Shown: positions 41,959 through 54,959 of the stretch, one piece after another
Position numbering within the stretch: the stretch's first letter is position 1
How the letters are laid out: each line of letters opens with the position of its first letter
From: Octopus bimaculoides
Taxonomy: Eukaryota
Reading direction: 5' to 3'
Length of the DNA stretch: 64,000 bases
Assembly (NCBI RefSeq): GCF_001194135.2
Contig: NC_068981.1
Coordinates: forward strand, 15,254,503-15,318,502
Translations under genes and position numbers: made by a program
The notes under the pieces: model-generated
Seen by the model: the letters and a program-made list of their open reading frames with translations, nothing else
Database searches by the model: none
What the model was told of the DNA's origin: nothing

Positions 41959-42845
41959 NNNNNNNNNNNNNNNNNNNNNNNNNNNNNNNNNNNNNNNNNN
42001 NNNNNNNNNNNNNNNNNNNNNNNNNNNNNNNNNNNNNNNNNNNNNNNNNNNNNNNNNNNNNNNNNNNNNNNNNNNNNNNNNNNNNNNNNNNNNNNNNNNN
42101 NNNNNNNNNNNNNNNNNNNNNNNNNNNNNNNNNNNNNNNNNNNNNNNNNNNNNNNNNNNNNNNNNNNNNNNNNNNNNNNNNNNNNNNNNNNNNNNNNNNN
42201 NNNNNNNNNNNNNNNNNNNNNNNNNNNNNNNNNNNNNNNNNNNNNNNNNNNNNNNNNNNNNNNNNNNNNNNNNNATATATATATATATGTATATATATAT
42301 ATAACCAAATTTTATTTAATCTCCTAAAGTATATATTTTGTGAATGTGTGCTGGATGTGTATGCCTGAAGTCTTATATATCATTCTATTTCTCATGTGTA
42401 TATACAATATAATCATAGAAAATTTGTAGGTATTTTATCAGCAATGGCATCAACAAAATGTTGTACGTTTGGCAGTATATTCATATACACGTCATGAAAC
42501 ATCTTTTGAAATTGATTGCAAGTTTGTATTTTAATTACAATTGAATTATCATGGCATTAATCTTCCAATTGCTTCACAAGTAATAATTTAATATACAGTA
42601 GTTGTCTACTGCCTGAATAATGCACAAACGATTATGAAATTAGCGGTTTGAAAGGTAAAATAAAAGAACACAAAATTTGTACTAGCTGCAACGATTTTAC
42701 TGTTTATCGTTTGTAAATGCGAGCTAGCTTGTCTGTGCTAGTTTAATCAAATTATTGATAAACAACCTAATATGATATATAAATTATAGTAAATAAGCTG
42801 GCATAGGAAGTTCCTACGATATTTACTGTCTGCATATTTGCCAAA

Positions 42846-42886
42846 ATGGTAGTTGCAACTCTGCTTCTGCTTTGGTGCATCGCTAG
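42846..42886 (+). CDS. candidate signal-peptide first exon MVVATLLLLWCIA+AG
   Basis: Kozak-like caaaATGG, hydrophobic stretch, donor AG|GTAAAT (phase 2). No downstream exon identified. Confidence 0.3.
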
Positions 42887-43119
42887 GTAAATCAACTATG
42901 ATAAATGAGGCATTTATTTTCTCCTCCGTTTAACACCTATAAACAAGACGTTGCTGAATATCTAATGAATCATATACAGTTCTAGAAACTAAAGATATTT
43001 CAACGCGTAGAGAACAATGGTCAGAATTTTTAAACGATATAGAATAAAATGAAAAATTTGAAATGCAACAATAATGGGACCTATAGAGTTAAAATTAATA
43101 CAATATATTGTATTCCTGT

Positions 43120-44462
43120 CAGATATTTGACTCGCCAGGCCTGCACGACTCAATCACCTCCTCCCACAAACAGCACGCACAGAAAACTACATTCTATCGT
43201 TTTCCACAGGTTCCCTCCTTCTAAGGCCGTCTCCTAATTCTTTCATACTCCATTCTCTCCCTCTCAAACCTTGAACAACCACTATGCACTATCTGCCTCC
43301 CTCTCCCAATTACCAGCTGCAATTCCTGTCTGTATTAGAGCATTTTAAAGGCAAACCTTAAACCTTAGTTCAGAGTTATGCGCTGGACTCCTGCCACCCT
43401 CCAGCTCAACATACAATAGCTGTTTGGGCAGTGGCTCATCACTCATCCTTACCAAATGTCCCCCGCCACCTCAAACGTCTTTGAAAAATCACTCTTCTCT
43501 AGCACTTCCTCATTACTATTGGCTATTTTCCAGTTTATCCCCCAAATTTTTCTCCGACAAAATTGAGTGAATCGTTCCAGTTGCCTTACATGCTTTCTGT
43601 AAGCAACCCATGCCTTACTCTCATGCAGCAAATATGGCAGGATGAACGTGTTATATACCTTAACTTTAATTTGGGAAGATATATTATGTTATCCCCACAG
43701 GCACCTATAAAGCCTAGCAAAAGCACTACCAGCCCTGGTGATACTGCATGAAATTTTATCAAGACCAGCAGTGATCAAGGAACTTCCTAAATGAATAAAA
43801 CTAGACACAATTTCCAACCTTTTTCCATTGACAGTTATAAAATGTTCTACGTATACCTTGTAGGGAGCAGGCTGGTTGTTTTTTTTCTGTCTTTTTTTAG
43901 AGTGATCATTATATCTAATGCTGCAGAAATAGCATTCACCATCTGCTGCATATCTTTCTGGGAATGTGCCAACAGCTCACAATCGTGTGCATATAGGAAC
44001 TCAGTGAGGTGAGAATGCAGAATTTTCGATTTGGCATGGCGTCTTTTGAGATTGAACAGCTTTCTCGTTGTCCTATATCTCACATAGACCCCTTCAGTGC
44101 AATCTTCAAAAGCTATTTGAAAGACATAGCAAAATACATAGCAATGTAGGAGCAGGAATATCACCTTGTTTTACGTCATTTTCTACAGAAATTGGATCGG
44201 ATTAGGTAACTCCGACATTAATTCTCACTTCCGTCTTGTCATGGAATTGTCTAAGCAATGTCACAAGTTTTTTCAAGGCATCCTAGCATTTTCAGGAGCT
44301 CGCGAAATGCAATTCAATTGATAGAATCAAGCGCTTTTGTTAGATCAATCAAAACCTGATATAAGTCCATATCCCGTTCGATGCACTTCTCTTACAACTG
44401 TCTAGCTGAAGATATTATATTCATAGTACTCCTAATATCCCTAACCCCACATTGCGATTCTG
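43120..44462 (-). mobile_element. RTE (BovB-like) LINE, 5'-truncated, decayed
   Basis: ESQCGVRDIRSTMNII, ARQL*EKC, LIDLTKALDSIN, GVYVRYRTTRKLFNLKR, EFLYAHDCELLAHS, CRRKIWGINW, LPKQLLYVEL and C-terminal CGRR..SRAGLASQ. Confidence 0.9.
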
Positions 44463-45057
44463 AGCTAGTAGCGTACATTGGCTGGTAATATGCCATACGC
44501 TTTCACCGTTTTCTCCACAGATTCTTCTTTGTTGTCTATTCTGTATTTTATGTAGTTCGTTCTTAGTGCTTGCTCTTGGGCAACACATATTAGAGCCTCC
44601 GTTTCCGGTTTTCTCTCGCTTTTAGTCATCCACGGTCATCTTTTTTCTCTCTGTCTCATCTTCAACATCGCTATGAAATTGGCCATGCATTCTTTTCTTT
44701 ACCCACCTATTTTCAGTTTCATTCGTTTTCAGTTTCTTGTATAGAGCTTTATCATTGCAATCTTTCATCCTATACAAAGCCTGACCTTCCTACATCTAAT
44801 AATAGTGGTTCTGTGGCATTTTACATACCATGCTATGTTGTTTTCTTCTGGTCTAATGCTGTGTTCGCATCCAGTAAGTCCTATTCCCCATCTTTTTTCT
44901 TGGTATATACAGTCTGTCTGTGTTATTAACTTCCTTTTCTTTCTGTCTAAGCTGTTTAGTTCGTCTACTGTCCATGCGATTACTCCTGCTCCATATCTAA
45001 GGAGTGAAATCACCCAGGTGTTGATAGCTTCGAACTTTTTCTATCCGTTTAATGTCG
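44458..45057 (-). mobile_element. R4/Dong fragment (RT C-terminus to CCHC knuckle)
   Basis: AINTWVISLLRYGAGVIAWT..DRKKRKL, GIGLTGCE, RMHGQF and CGENGESVWHITSQCTLLAQ. Confidence 0.85.
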
Positions 45058-45079
45058 TCTTATTATTATTATTATTATT

Positions 45080-45376
45080 GTTCAGTAGTTTTATTTTTAT
45101 AACGTGCTTTCACTTCACTACCGAGCGCAGCTCTGTACGCCTTGGGTATGTGCTGTGGTTTGCTGTGGTGCTCTTATGTTTACTGTATTGAAAGTGTTTT
45201 GCGTAGAATGTGTGCAGTACCCAGTAGTGCAATTTTCTGTATGTTATATATATTTGTAAGTCCTGGTATTTTTGTTATGTATTTGTCTGAATATTTTTTT
45301 TATTATACCTAAGGCACCTACTATGATAGGAATTGTTTCTGTTTTTAGATTCCACATTCGAGTTATCTCTATTTCC
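45080..45376 (-). mobile_element. R4/Dong 3' end (RLE C-terminus plus 3' UTR) between TAA tracts
   Basis: EIEITRMWNLKTETIPIIVGALGIIKKYSDKYITKIPGLTNIYNIQKIALLGTAHILRKTLSIQ*. Confidence 0.9.
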
Positions 45377-45387
45377 ATTATTATTAA

Positions 45388-45447
<60 letters not shown>

Positions 45448-45451
<4 letters not shown>

Positions 45452-45539
45452 TAGTTTTATTTTTATAGCGTGTTTTCACTTCACTACCGAGCGCAGCTCT
45501 GTGTGCCTTGGGTATGTGCTGTGGTTTGCAGTGATGCTC

Positions 45540-45540
<1 letters not shown>
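45448..45540 (-). mobile_element. very short R4/Dong 3' UTR copy flanked by (ATT)n on both sides
   Basis: Near-identical to 45080-45175. Confidence 0.85.
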
Positions 45541-45573
<33 letters not shown>

Positions 45574-45614
45574 GTTGTTGTCGTCGTTGTTGTTGTTGTT
45601 GTTGTTGTTGTTAT

Positions 45615-48245
45615 TGTGTTTCACCTTTTTAAATTTGGTTTCCATTTCTTGCCGAGTGTCTTCTCAACCCCTACGACAATGTAACTAACTGTACACAATA
45701 GAAGGCCATTTCAATAAACACACCAGATATTTCATTTATATAGTCAGGTTATGTGATAGAAAAAAGTAAAAGGAAAAGGAAAAAAGGAAAGATAAAAGGA
45801 AAACGATGAAAAGAATAAAAGGAAAAAAGAAAACAAAAGACGAAGAAAAAAGAAAACAATTCGCAGCGATAGTGTTCACTGCGACAACACTCTTTTCAAC
45901 ACGTGTGACGTACCAGTTAAGACAATCGCTTACATGACCTATATGGATGATTCCGAAATAAATTTCTGTTCCTTTTTGGATCATGCCAAGATTCCATACA
46001 ATTATTGGTATTGTAACCGTCTTGACATACCATATTTTTTCGATTTCTATCAGCAAACCTTTATATTTTTCGAGCTTCTCAAATTCTTTTGCCGTGATAT
46101 CATGATCAGAAGGAATCTCCATGTTAATCAATAAACAGATTTTATTGGCTTGGTCTTCCACTGCAATATCCGGTTTACCAGCTTTGATGGTTTTGTCTGC
46201 ATGTACTGGAAATTCCCAAAGAATCGTTAGATCCCCCCCCCCACCTGAGTTGCAGCAGCAGGAAGATGTTTATAGTATTTGGCAACAGCTTTCAATTTAT
46301 GCCGACATATTAACTAGTGTAGATACTGACCAAAGTTGTTATGCCTTAATTTATATTCTACAGGTTCTAAAACTTTACATCCAAAGATTACATGGCCCAC
46401 TCTTCTATTCTCATCGCCGCAGAAGAGGCAATTTGGTTCTACTCCATATCTCATCACATTGGCTTGGTAGTTTCGGGTCAATAACCTTTGATCTTCAGCA
46501 GCTAAGATGCTACGGGTAACATATTTGCCATGCAGAGGTTTCTATTCCCGCCTATCAGCCAGTTGCTCATACGATTTTTCTACCTTGCTATTGATTTCAC
46601 ATTCTTTGCCAGAACTGTTGCCGCCCTTCCATCATGCTGTTCAGCTTCGAGGTTATGCATGAATTCAATAGCAAATTGTTTGATCTCCGTTAGGACAGAA
46701 TGAAGCTTCTTAAGCCTCTCGTGATTTTTAACGAGTTTTAGCATCCAGTCGTTAGATGTTTCAATATATTTGGCCAGTTCAATTGAGGTGGATTCGTAAG
46801 AGATTTCACATTAGATGAAGCCTCGACCTCGTTGGGCTCATGGAAGATAAAGAAAATCCGCGCCAGCCTTTTGGTAGTGCATCTTATTGCATGTCAGCAG
46901 CTTATGAATTACCCTGTCAATTCTCTTTATTTTACTGATATTCTAGTTCAATACATTAATGCTATAAATAACAACTAGAAGTGCTAACGAAATTATATCT
47001 AACATCTCGTTATATGCAGTTGGCTCAGATTTGAGGACTGCTCGAAATCTCCTGTAACATTTCTTTTTTATGTTCTCTTTAATGCTTGCATGCTGAATGC
47101 CAGAACTTTCATTTATTCCCAGGAATCTGTAAGTTTGTTCCTGCTCAAGTTCTTTTATACTTGTGCAATCATCTAACACGACTGAATTTAAGGTCTTCAA
47201 TTTATCTTTCTGGGAAGTGGCAGATTTATCAAGACTAAGCTCTGTCTCGATGGTCCTCAATGAAGTCTTTCACAATACATAATGGCCTTCATGCTCATCA
47301 TTGTCTTTGCATCAGTGTTTGAAGTTACTTGTATTTAAAATAGATGGTTTATTTTGTTATTGTCAACTTTATACACGTACCCTGTTCCGTTAAGCTTTAA
47401 TGTGAGAGTATTAGAGCTATGCAGAAAATTAGAGGTGAAAGTGAATCATCTTAGGAAATGCCATATATGATGTTGATCTTATTTGAAGTCAGTACTCTAT
47501 TAAAATAATATAATTGGAGATTCGTATTCCACAACGACATGTTATGTTTCAGGAAGTATGAAATAACACCAGGAATTTTGAAGATGTCCATCGATTTCAA
47601 GATCTATGAATGCGGTATGCTGTGAAAGGTTTGCTTTTATAATCAGTCCATGCAGAAGTGGGATTTCTGCGGTTATTATTACAGTCTCAAGGATCATGCG
47701 ATTAACTGAGTTGATGTTTACGTCCACATGAGCCTCGTCGGTACCCTTTTTGTCGTGTAGGAAAATAATTTTCTGTTCCATTAATGCATAGAATTTTTTC
47801 CACGCGGATGGATGTTAGAAATGTTTGAGTGGTAGATACTCCTAGTATGAGTCGATAATTTTTGGAACAGTGGTTTCATTACCTTTTGCTAATCTATCAG
47901 GTGTTTTATTAGGATCTCCCTTAATTTCATTGAACAGTGAAATAAATGTTCGTGTGCGCACAGGAACGAGGCGAGCCAGAAATCTTTTCATCGTATCTTT
48001 ATCGGGAGATTTCCATTCGTGAGCCTTCCTGAGTGTCATTCGTGAGTCTGCCATTATAATGCTTGATCCCATGCTTGATCTTGTAAATTTACGCTGAATT
48101 CTTCTGTGCGTCTAATCCAATATGAATTTTTATTGTATGTCCTCTCATCAGTACAAATAATGTTTCAAAGTTTTGCAACTTCTTCCATGGGAGGTGGGGT
48201 CTTTAATGGTTATTTTCTCCTGGTTGTAGTAGAATTTTTGCATTA
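45615..48245 (-). mobile_element. R4/Dong RLE-type retrotransposon, long decayed copy (pre-RT, RT, CCHC, RLE)
   Basis: KAHEWKSPDKD, AFIDLEIDGHLQNSW, TYRFLGINES, RHNNFGQYLH*LIC, ICLLINMEIPSDHDITAKEFEKLEKYKGL and AIVLTGTSHVLKRVLSQ*. Confidence 0.9.
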
Positions 48246-49255
48246 TGTATGTTGTTACCAAGCACCCATTACCTCGTATCCATACTTACGGCATACTAGC
48301 CAGTGAAGTTTTCGGTCTACCTTGTCGTATCTGCGCTTGTCCTTTTTCTGCACAATACTTTCACAAGTACTAACAATGTGAATCACGCTTTCGACCCACT
48401 TCCCACACAATGCTCGATGCTGGGCGGTGATGATTAGGCTTTCATTATTCAGTTTTAGATCACGCTTGCTGAGCCACCTCGATTATGCTTCCTCGTTTTT
48501 TACGTTGTTAGTTTCACAATGGAACTGACCATGTAATTCCATGCGGAATAGAGTCTTCCGTTTCCTATACGTGATTGGAATTCATTAGCCCTCTCAAGTC
48601 TATTTTTGGCAAATCTTTCTGCATTAGCAGCATTCTGTAGCACGTCTTGTTTACTGTTTAACAAATATTATGCCATGTTTCTTCTTTCACTGTTCATGTA
48701 CTCCCGTAGCCTAATCAGCCCACATCCACCTTAACACGTTTCCATGTAGCGCCTGTGTACGTTCTCCTTAAGGTGGATGGCACCATGGATTATCATTCTC
48801 TTTCTGGTAGTGTGATAGATTTCTTTAATTTTATTTGAGTAAAATGTTGAACAAATTACGCAGAAAGTGTACAAGAGCAGACAGGACAAGTTAACCCAAA
48901 AGCTTTCACTGGCTACTATGCCGGAAGTATGGATTCGAGGTAATGGATACTTGGTACCAACATACACCCGAAAAGTTGTTGATATACTCTAAAGTGTCCG
49001 CCAAGTCTTAAAATTACCTTGGTATATTATAAACAAATGAAAAATAACATACGATGGATAACTGTGAGCTCAGTACAGCTGTTTCCTACATAACACATTA
49101 ATAGAAGAATGGGAACATTACATCATTATAAAAGACCGTAAAAGAATATCGAAGAATACGCCGGGGTTGTATCTGTCGAGGCCAACTATGACGTAGGAGA
49201 ATGACCAACTATGTTGGCAGTTTAGGTTAAGAATGTTGTTCTTGAAAGTGTTTAA
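48246..49255. mobile_element. R4/Dong copy with an inverted 5' segment (minus 48246-48895, plus 48905-~49255)
   Basis: Minus strand: TRKRMIIHGAIHLKENVHRRY..GGCGL, ELHGQF, CGKWVESVIHIVSTC, LHWLVCRKYG. Plus strand restarts at HWLLCRKYGFEVMDTWYQHTPEK and continues with weak RLE C-terminal similarity. Confidence 0.75.
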
Positions 49256-49385
49256 TTTGGTATCTAAGTTCAATGACCCGGTTGAGCATGAGTCTGCTAG
49301 TCTAGATCATGGGTAGACTGGAGCGGGTTGTATTACATAATTTATTATAGTAGGCTATGAGTTGTGGTAAGTAATTTTTCATTTG

Positions 49386-49423
<38 letters not shown>

Positions 49424-49849
49424 GAAAATATCACCATATGAAGAAAACATAACCTTATTGACACAAAGAGTAAGAAAGAGTTTCTTCTAAAATAATGATG
49501 AAAAATATTCATAAAATAAACATCGGAAATAAAGCATACATTACATTATGAAAATATAAAATATACAATGAACAGAATAACAATGCTTAAAACTTTCATC
49601 TATTAAATATAGATAAATCTTAGCATTATTTGAAACAAGCAATGTCTTCTAACAGCATCGTTTTATGCAAAACTACAGTTGAAAAATACTCTAGTAACAG
49701 GAACATAAAGGAAATATAAATATATCAGGTTATCTATAGGGTAAAAGTATGCAGACTATCTGAGCTTCAGAACAGAGCGGAGCAGATAAACATCAGAAGC
49801 AAAATATAATAACACCACTTGAATCTTCCATGATAATTATGAAAGACTT

Positions 49850-50400
49850 TACCATCAGAATAAAAACCACTAGCAACTGGCCGATCCAGTAATTTAATAA
49901 CGTCAGCAATGCATGTTGATATATCCAAAACGTGTATCTCAATCTATAGCAACAGCATTCTGCAAATTACTAAAGAACAGGGACTGAAGAACTGACCCGT
50001 TACTAGCGGAGAAAATAACAGTGGTTCACCAAAACACAGACAGTAAATAAAATAGTTGTAATCCGTGTACAAATATTATGGAAATATCTAACATTCATTC
50101 ACTAGAACATCGTAGCTGCATATTTGCGAAATAATAACACCTTGCCAGCGGTGTAGAATGTATATCCGAAAGGCATGTATAGATGTAAAGAATTGCTATT
50201 GGTAAGCCGAGCCTTTATAGAAAGATCCAAAAGAGAAACTAATATCTAAGAATGACATACATTATTATGATATCTGTAGAAAGCAAAGTGCAGGTGGAGA
50301 TCAGCATAGATATCTGAATATATTACGGAGCTCTGTAATAAACAAATAATATATCAGAAATATAGTGGTTGGGCTTTATGAATATTTGATAGAATGTTTC
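49850..50400 (+). mobile_element. very degraded CR1/L2-group RT remnant
   Basis: AMHVDISKTCISI (FxDxSKAFDxV-like), followed at suitable spacing by a decayed GVPQGSILGP-like segment. Weak. Confidence 0.25.
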
Positions 50401-51000
50401 TTCCTTTACCATACTAGACCCCTCTGTATTTTGCCAGTAAAATCTTCATTTATCATTTGCACTACTTCTATTTAAGTCTTTATTTTTTTTAGTATACGCC
50501 ATTGCATTCTGACTTGTACTATGATGGTCAAAAACAATTTACTCGTTCAATGAATATAATATAAATAACGTTGTAGAAGAACCAATGAAATAAAACAATG
50601 AAGCAGAAAAAATAATTAAATACGTAAAGTGAGAATATAACAAACTCAATTGTGTTCCTCGCCGTAGGAATAATATATTCTTGGCACATAGATTATGCTA
50701 CTACACAAAATAAAGCAAATAAAAGAAAAACATGCCAGATATATTTTATTGGACGCAAGAGCTAACAAATGTACACTACAAACATTAGAACACTGGTCTG
50801 ACATTAGAGAATATATTAACAATTACGAAAAAATAATAATGAAATATCAGCTGAACATCACTTACTACTAAATATACTTCGAAGTGAATCATACAGGAAA
50901 CTTGGTTTGCTGAGTGAAATTCAGTTAGACAGAGTGTGTTTCTCAAATAGAAAAAAAAAAAATTAACGAATATTAAAACAACATAAAAAGAAAAGAACAC

Positions 51001-51460
51001 GTGGGTGTATAGTAAGTAGCTTGCTTACCAACCACATGTTTCCGGGTTCCAGTCCCACTGCGTGGCACCTTGGGCAAGTGTCTTCTACTATAGTCTCGGG
51101 TCGACCAATGCCTTGTGAGTGGATTTGGTAGACGGAAACTGAAAGAAGCCCATCGTATATATGTATATATATGTATATATATATANNNNNNNNNNNNNNN
51201 NNNNNNNNNNNNNNNNNNNNNNNNNNNNTGTGTGTGTGTGTGTGTATGCTTGTATGTCTGTGTTTGTCTCCCAACATCGCTTGACAACCGATGCTGGTAT
51301 GTTTACGTCACTGTAACTTAGTGGTTCGGCAAAAAGACACCGATAGAATAAATACTAGGCTTACAAAGAATAAGTCCTGAGGTCGATTTGCTCGACTAAA
51401 GGCGGTGTTCCAGCATGGCCGCAGTTAAATGACTGAAACAAGTAAAAGAGTAAAAGAGTA
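51001..51460 (+). mobile_element. family-A SINE, near complete, with a gap in its internal microsatellite
   Basis: Matches 3475-3836. Tail AGTAAAAGAGTAAAAGAGTA; N-gap 51186-51228 lies in the internal (TA)n(TG)n. Confidence 0.88.
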
Positions 51461-52049
51461 TATCACAACATTTAAAAAACGATCAGCCGTGTATCTCTTC
51501 TCAGTGATATGATCAAAAACAGGCGTCTCATATAATGATGAAACAAGAGTAAGAATACTGAGGGATCGAACGCAAATCTTATCGTACATGAAAACTGACA
51601 TAAATGCTTGTACCAAAATATACTATGTAGGTAGATTTTGAATAGCGGGTATAACTGAATTATAGAATCCATTGTCTTTTAAACGTATGGTAACTAAATT
51701 GATCCCCAATATCAAGGGAAATCAAGGTGCAAATGTATAGATTAACAACAAAAGAAATTCGAGCGCACAAAGTCAAAGACCCCAGCATGACAAAATGCGA
51801 AAGTGATAAAGATATGGAAGTGAAAGACAAATGTTATTACCAGCATGCGGGACAGACCACAAAATTATTTAGTAATGGAAGCAAAACTGGTATCGAGAAA
51901 GTACTTAACCGGAACACACGAAACAGTATCAACAACCTTCAATCGAATTATTAAGTAATGAGTATGAACACGTAGTGTTTACTAAAGAAGGAAACAATAT
52001 TTATTCCGTAACGAAATCCTCGGCGGCTCAAAAAGAATACAATCGATAA

Positions 52050-53100
52050 CCGTTTAGCAACAATATAAGGAACCCTGATATCTATTCACTCCAACAGACA
52101 TGCTGCTCATTTAAAGAATAATGCTATTTTGTCAGGCAACAAAAATATTGCATAAGGATGTTATTAAATGTATTGAATAGCGATTGGTAATCTGTGAACT
52201 CATTATAGTTAAACAAAGGTCGAATAGAAACCGAATAACAATATAGATTTATTACTGCTAATACTTCGATAACCAACGACAGTTTTGGATATTTGAGATA
52301 GTGCACATGAAACAAAGCAATCCTAATATTAATAGAGTATATGAGCCATGTTATATAGCAGTAGAAAGGATCAATTCTAAAACCACCAGCAATTAGCAGA
52401 TAAAGAGAATATTTAAATAAACAGTCCTATCATAGAAGAAAAGGAAGTTTTTAGTTTAACACCATATCTTTGAAACTTCTCTCAATAATCTTGATTCAGC
52501 TCACTAACTTGCTGAACTAGATGCTATAGAGTGTACGTAAATTATCTTCATTATAGAGATAATTTCAAAATAAATATATAGAAGACGCAATAGTTCCTGG
52601 AAAACATAGTGGAATCTGGATTCAGCAATGATAATAAAATGAATAATTTATTAGAGACATGTTCCAAAACTACTTGTTTAAAGCAAAAATGACTCATGGG
52701 AGATATAATAAAACATAATATAATTTCTCGACTCAAAACATAGCACTAGATCATGAACATCGAAATATATATTTAGTGGTGAATAAGGTACGTTAGAAAG
52801 TAAAATTTGAATTCGGAAATATCACAGACTAATTTCTAAAGCAGACCCCAATACATGCATAAGATGATAAGAATAAATATAGTAGGTATAACAGTCATAA
52901 ATTACCGATCTACTATAATAAATTGCAAGTTAAGTGAACTGAAATTGTTAGATTTGAAATACGGGGAAAAAAAGAAATGCTAAGTTCATTTTCATAGCAT
53001 CTTTCCAAAGCTAATATCAATGTAATATACTTACCGAATCACTCAAGAAGAAAGGCGACATGATAAAAATAGTGAGCTATTATAAAGTAATCACATTGCA
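52050..53100 (+). mobile_element. very degraded CR1/L2-group LINE remnant
   Basis: YFDNQRQF, KGSILKP, KAKMTHG and KLSELKLLDLKYG occur in the order expected for RT domains and the C-terminus. Many stops. Confidence 0.3.
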
Positions 53101-54920
53101 TCTAAAGGGTACTTACAAGATAGTAATGGTAAAATTACGTAGCATAATAAACAGAGAAACAGACGGAATGTTCCCTTCCACGTATATAGAAACAATTAAG
53201 AGTTAAGTTTGCAAATAAAAAAAAATATATATGGATCAGAATGAATAAGTAAAAGCAAAGCAAAACCAAACACAAAAAGATCTCCAAAAGGAATAAGAGA
53301 ACAGATAAAGGGATAAAGGTAATAACTTTCGTTGTTATCTTTCACATCTGGACAGAATAAATGTGAGAAAAGATATAAACCTATAACAACGCCAAGAGGC
53401 AATACGACACAAAATCGTAATAACGCACACATTAACTGATATATATTGGAGACCAACATATGTGAATATGGCAAATGTACATAACATTGACAGTTCCGTC
53501 TGCCGTAGTTAATTTTGATGCGAAAATAAAAATGAATCATGGAGATATCAAACTCCAAGAGAGAAGCGACAATGTACTCTTCATGAAATATATCATCAGA
53601 ATACTAGCCTTCTAAATCGCGGAAAACACGTTCAACTTTAGGAAGATACACTACCAATAATAGTCGGCGGCCTTGGGAACAGGCATGCGAAATCAATTAA
53701 ATACCAAATTACAATGCAACTTAACATAGTGGAGGTCAGTCAACATAATTGAACCAATAGCCTAAAATAATATTCTTGATTTTATAAATATAACTCGTCG
53801 TTTATTGTCATAATACCATCACATCCATTTGAAGTTTTAAAGATATTTACTGTAAAACAACGACGGTCGATCTCTTGTACGGCGCGTAAGATTTGGTATA
53901 ATAAGTTTAGCACTTATTCACTACTAAACACTAGAGTTCTAAGTACGTCAAAAAAAATATTTTTACACGCAATGTTTTTGCAACTGTTTCTTTCTCAAAT
54001 AACTTTTTTTTTTTGTTATTTTACTTAGACTTAATTTGATTATATTATATTATTTTATTTCAAAGACACGTAACAGAATTTACAACGTCATTAAAATCGG
54101 TGTCAACTTACCAACTGATAGAAATATGATATAGCTGGCAATTTCCAACAAAAAGACGCTGACAGAAAACACATTAGTATACGATAAAATATTTTATAAT
54201 ACAAAGAGCAATCAATTTTGTACGATTCTAGAAACTTTTCTGAAATATGTGATAATTGAAATTTCACTGATAGATATATATNNNNNNNNNNNNNNNNNNN
54301 NNNNNNNNNNNNNNNNNNNNNNNNNNNNNNNNNNNNNNNNNNNNNNNNNNNNNNNNNNNNNNNNNNNNNNNNNNNNNNNNNNNNNNNNNNNNNNNNNNNN
54401 NNNNNNNNNNNNNNNNNNNNNNNNNNNNNNNNNNNNNNNNNNNNNNNNNNNNNNNNNNNNNNNNNNNNNNNNNNNNNNNNNNNNNNNNNNNNNNNNNNNN
54501 NNNNNNNNNNNNNNNNNNNNNNNNNNNNNNNNNNNNNNNNNNNNNNNNNNNNNNNNNNNNNNNNNNNNNNNNNNNNNNNNNNNNNNNNNNNNNNNNNNNN
54601 NNNNNNNNNNNNNNNNNNNNNNNNNNNNNNNNNNNNNNNNNNNNNNNNNNNNNNNNNNNNNNNNNNNNNNNNNNNNNNNNNNNNNNNNNNNNNNNNNNNN
54701 NNNNNNNNNNNNNNNNNNNNNNNNNNNNNNNNNNNNNNNNNNNNNNNNNNNNNNNNNNNNNNNNNNNNNNNNNNNNNNNNNNNNNNNNNNNNNNNNNNNN
54801 NNNNNNNNNNNNNNNNNNNNNNNNNNNNNNNNNNNNNNNNNNNNNNNNNNNNNNNNNNNNNNNNNNNNNNNNNNNNNNNNNNNNNNNNNNNNNNNNNNNN
54901 NNNNNNNNNNNNNNNNNNNN

Positions 54921-54955
<35 letters not shown>

Positions 54956-54959
54956 AGTC

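Noticed and set aside
43049-43120. KCNNNGTY resembling a thyroglobulin type-1 repeat
   Set aside because: Lacks the QC and CWCV motifs and runs into the RTE end.
51001-51075. tRNA-like sequence with A/B boxes (also at 3475)
   Set aside because: These are SINE heads: no acceptor stem closure, and they continue into SINE bodies.
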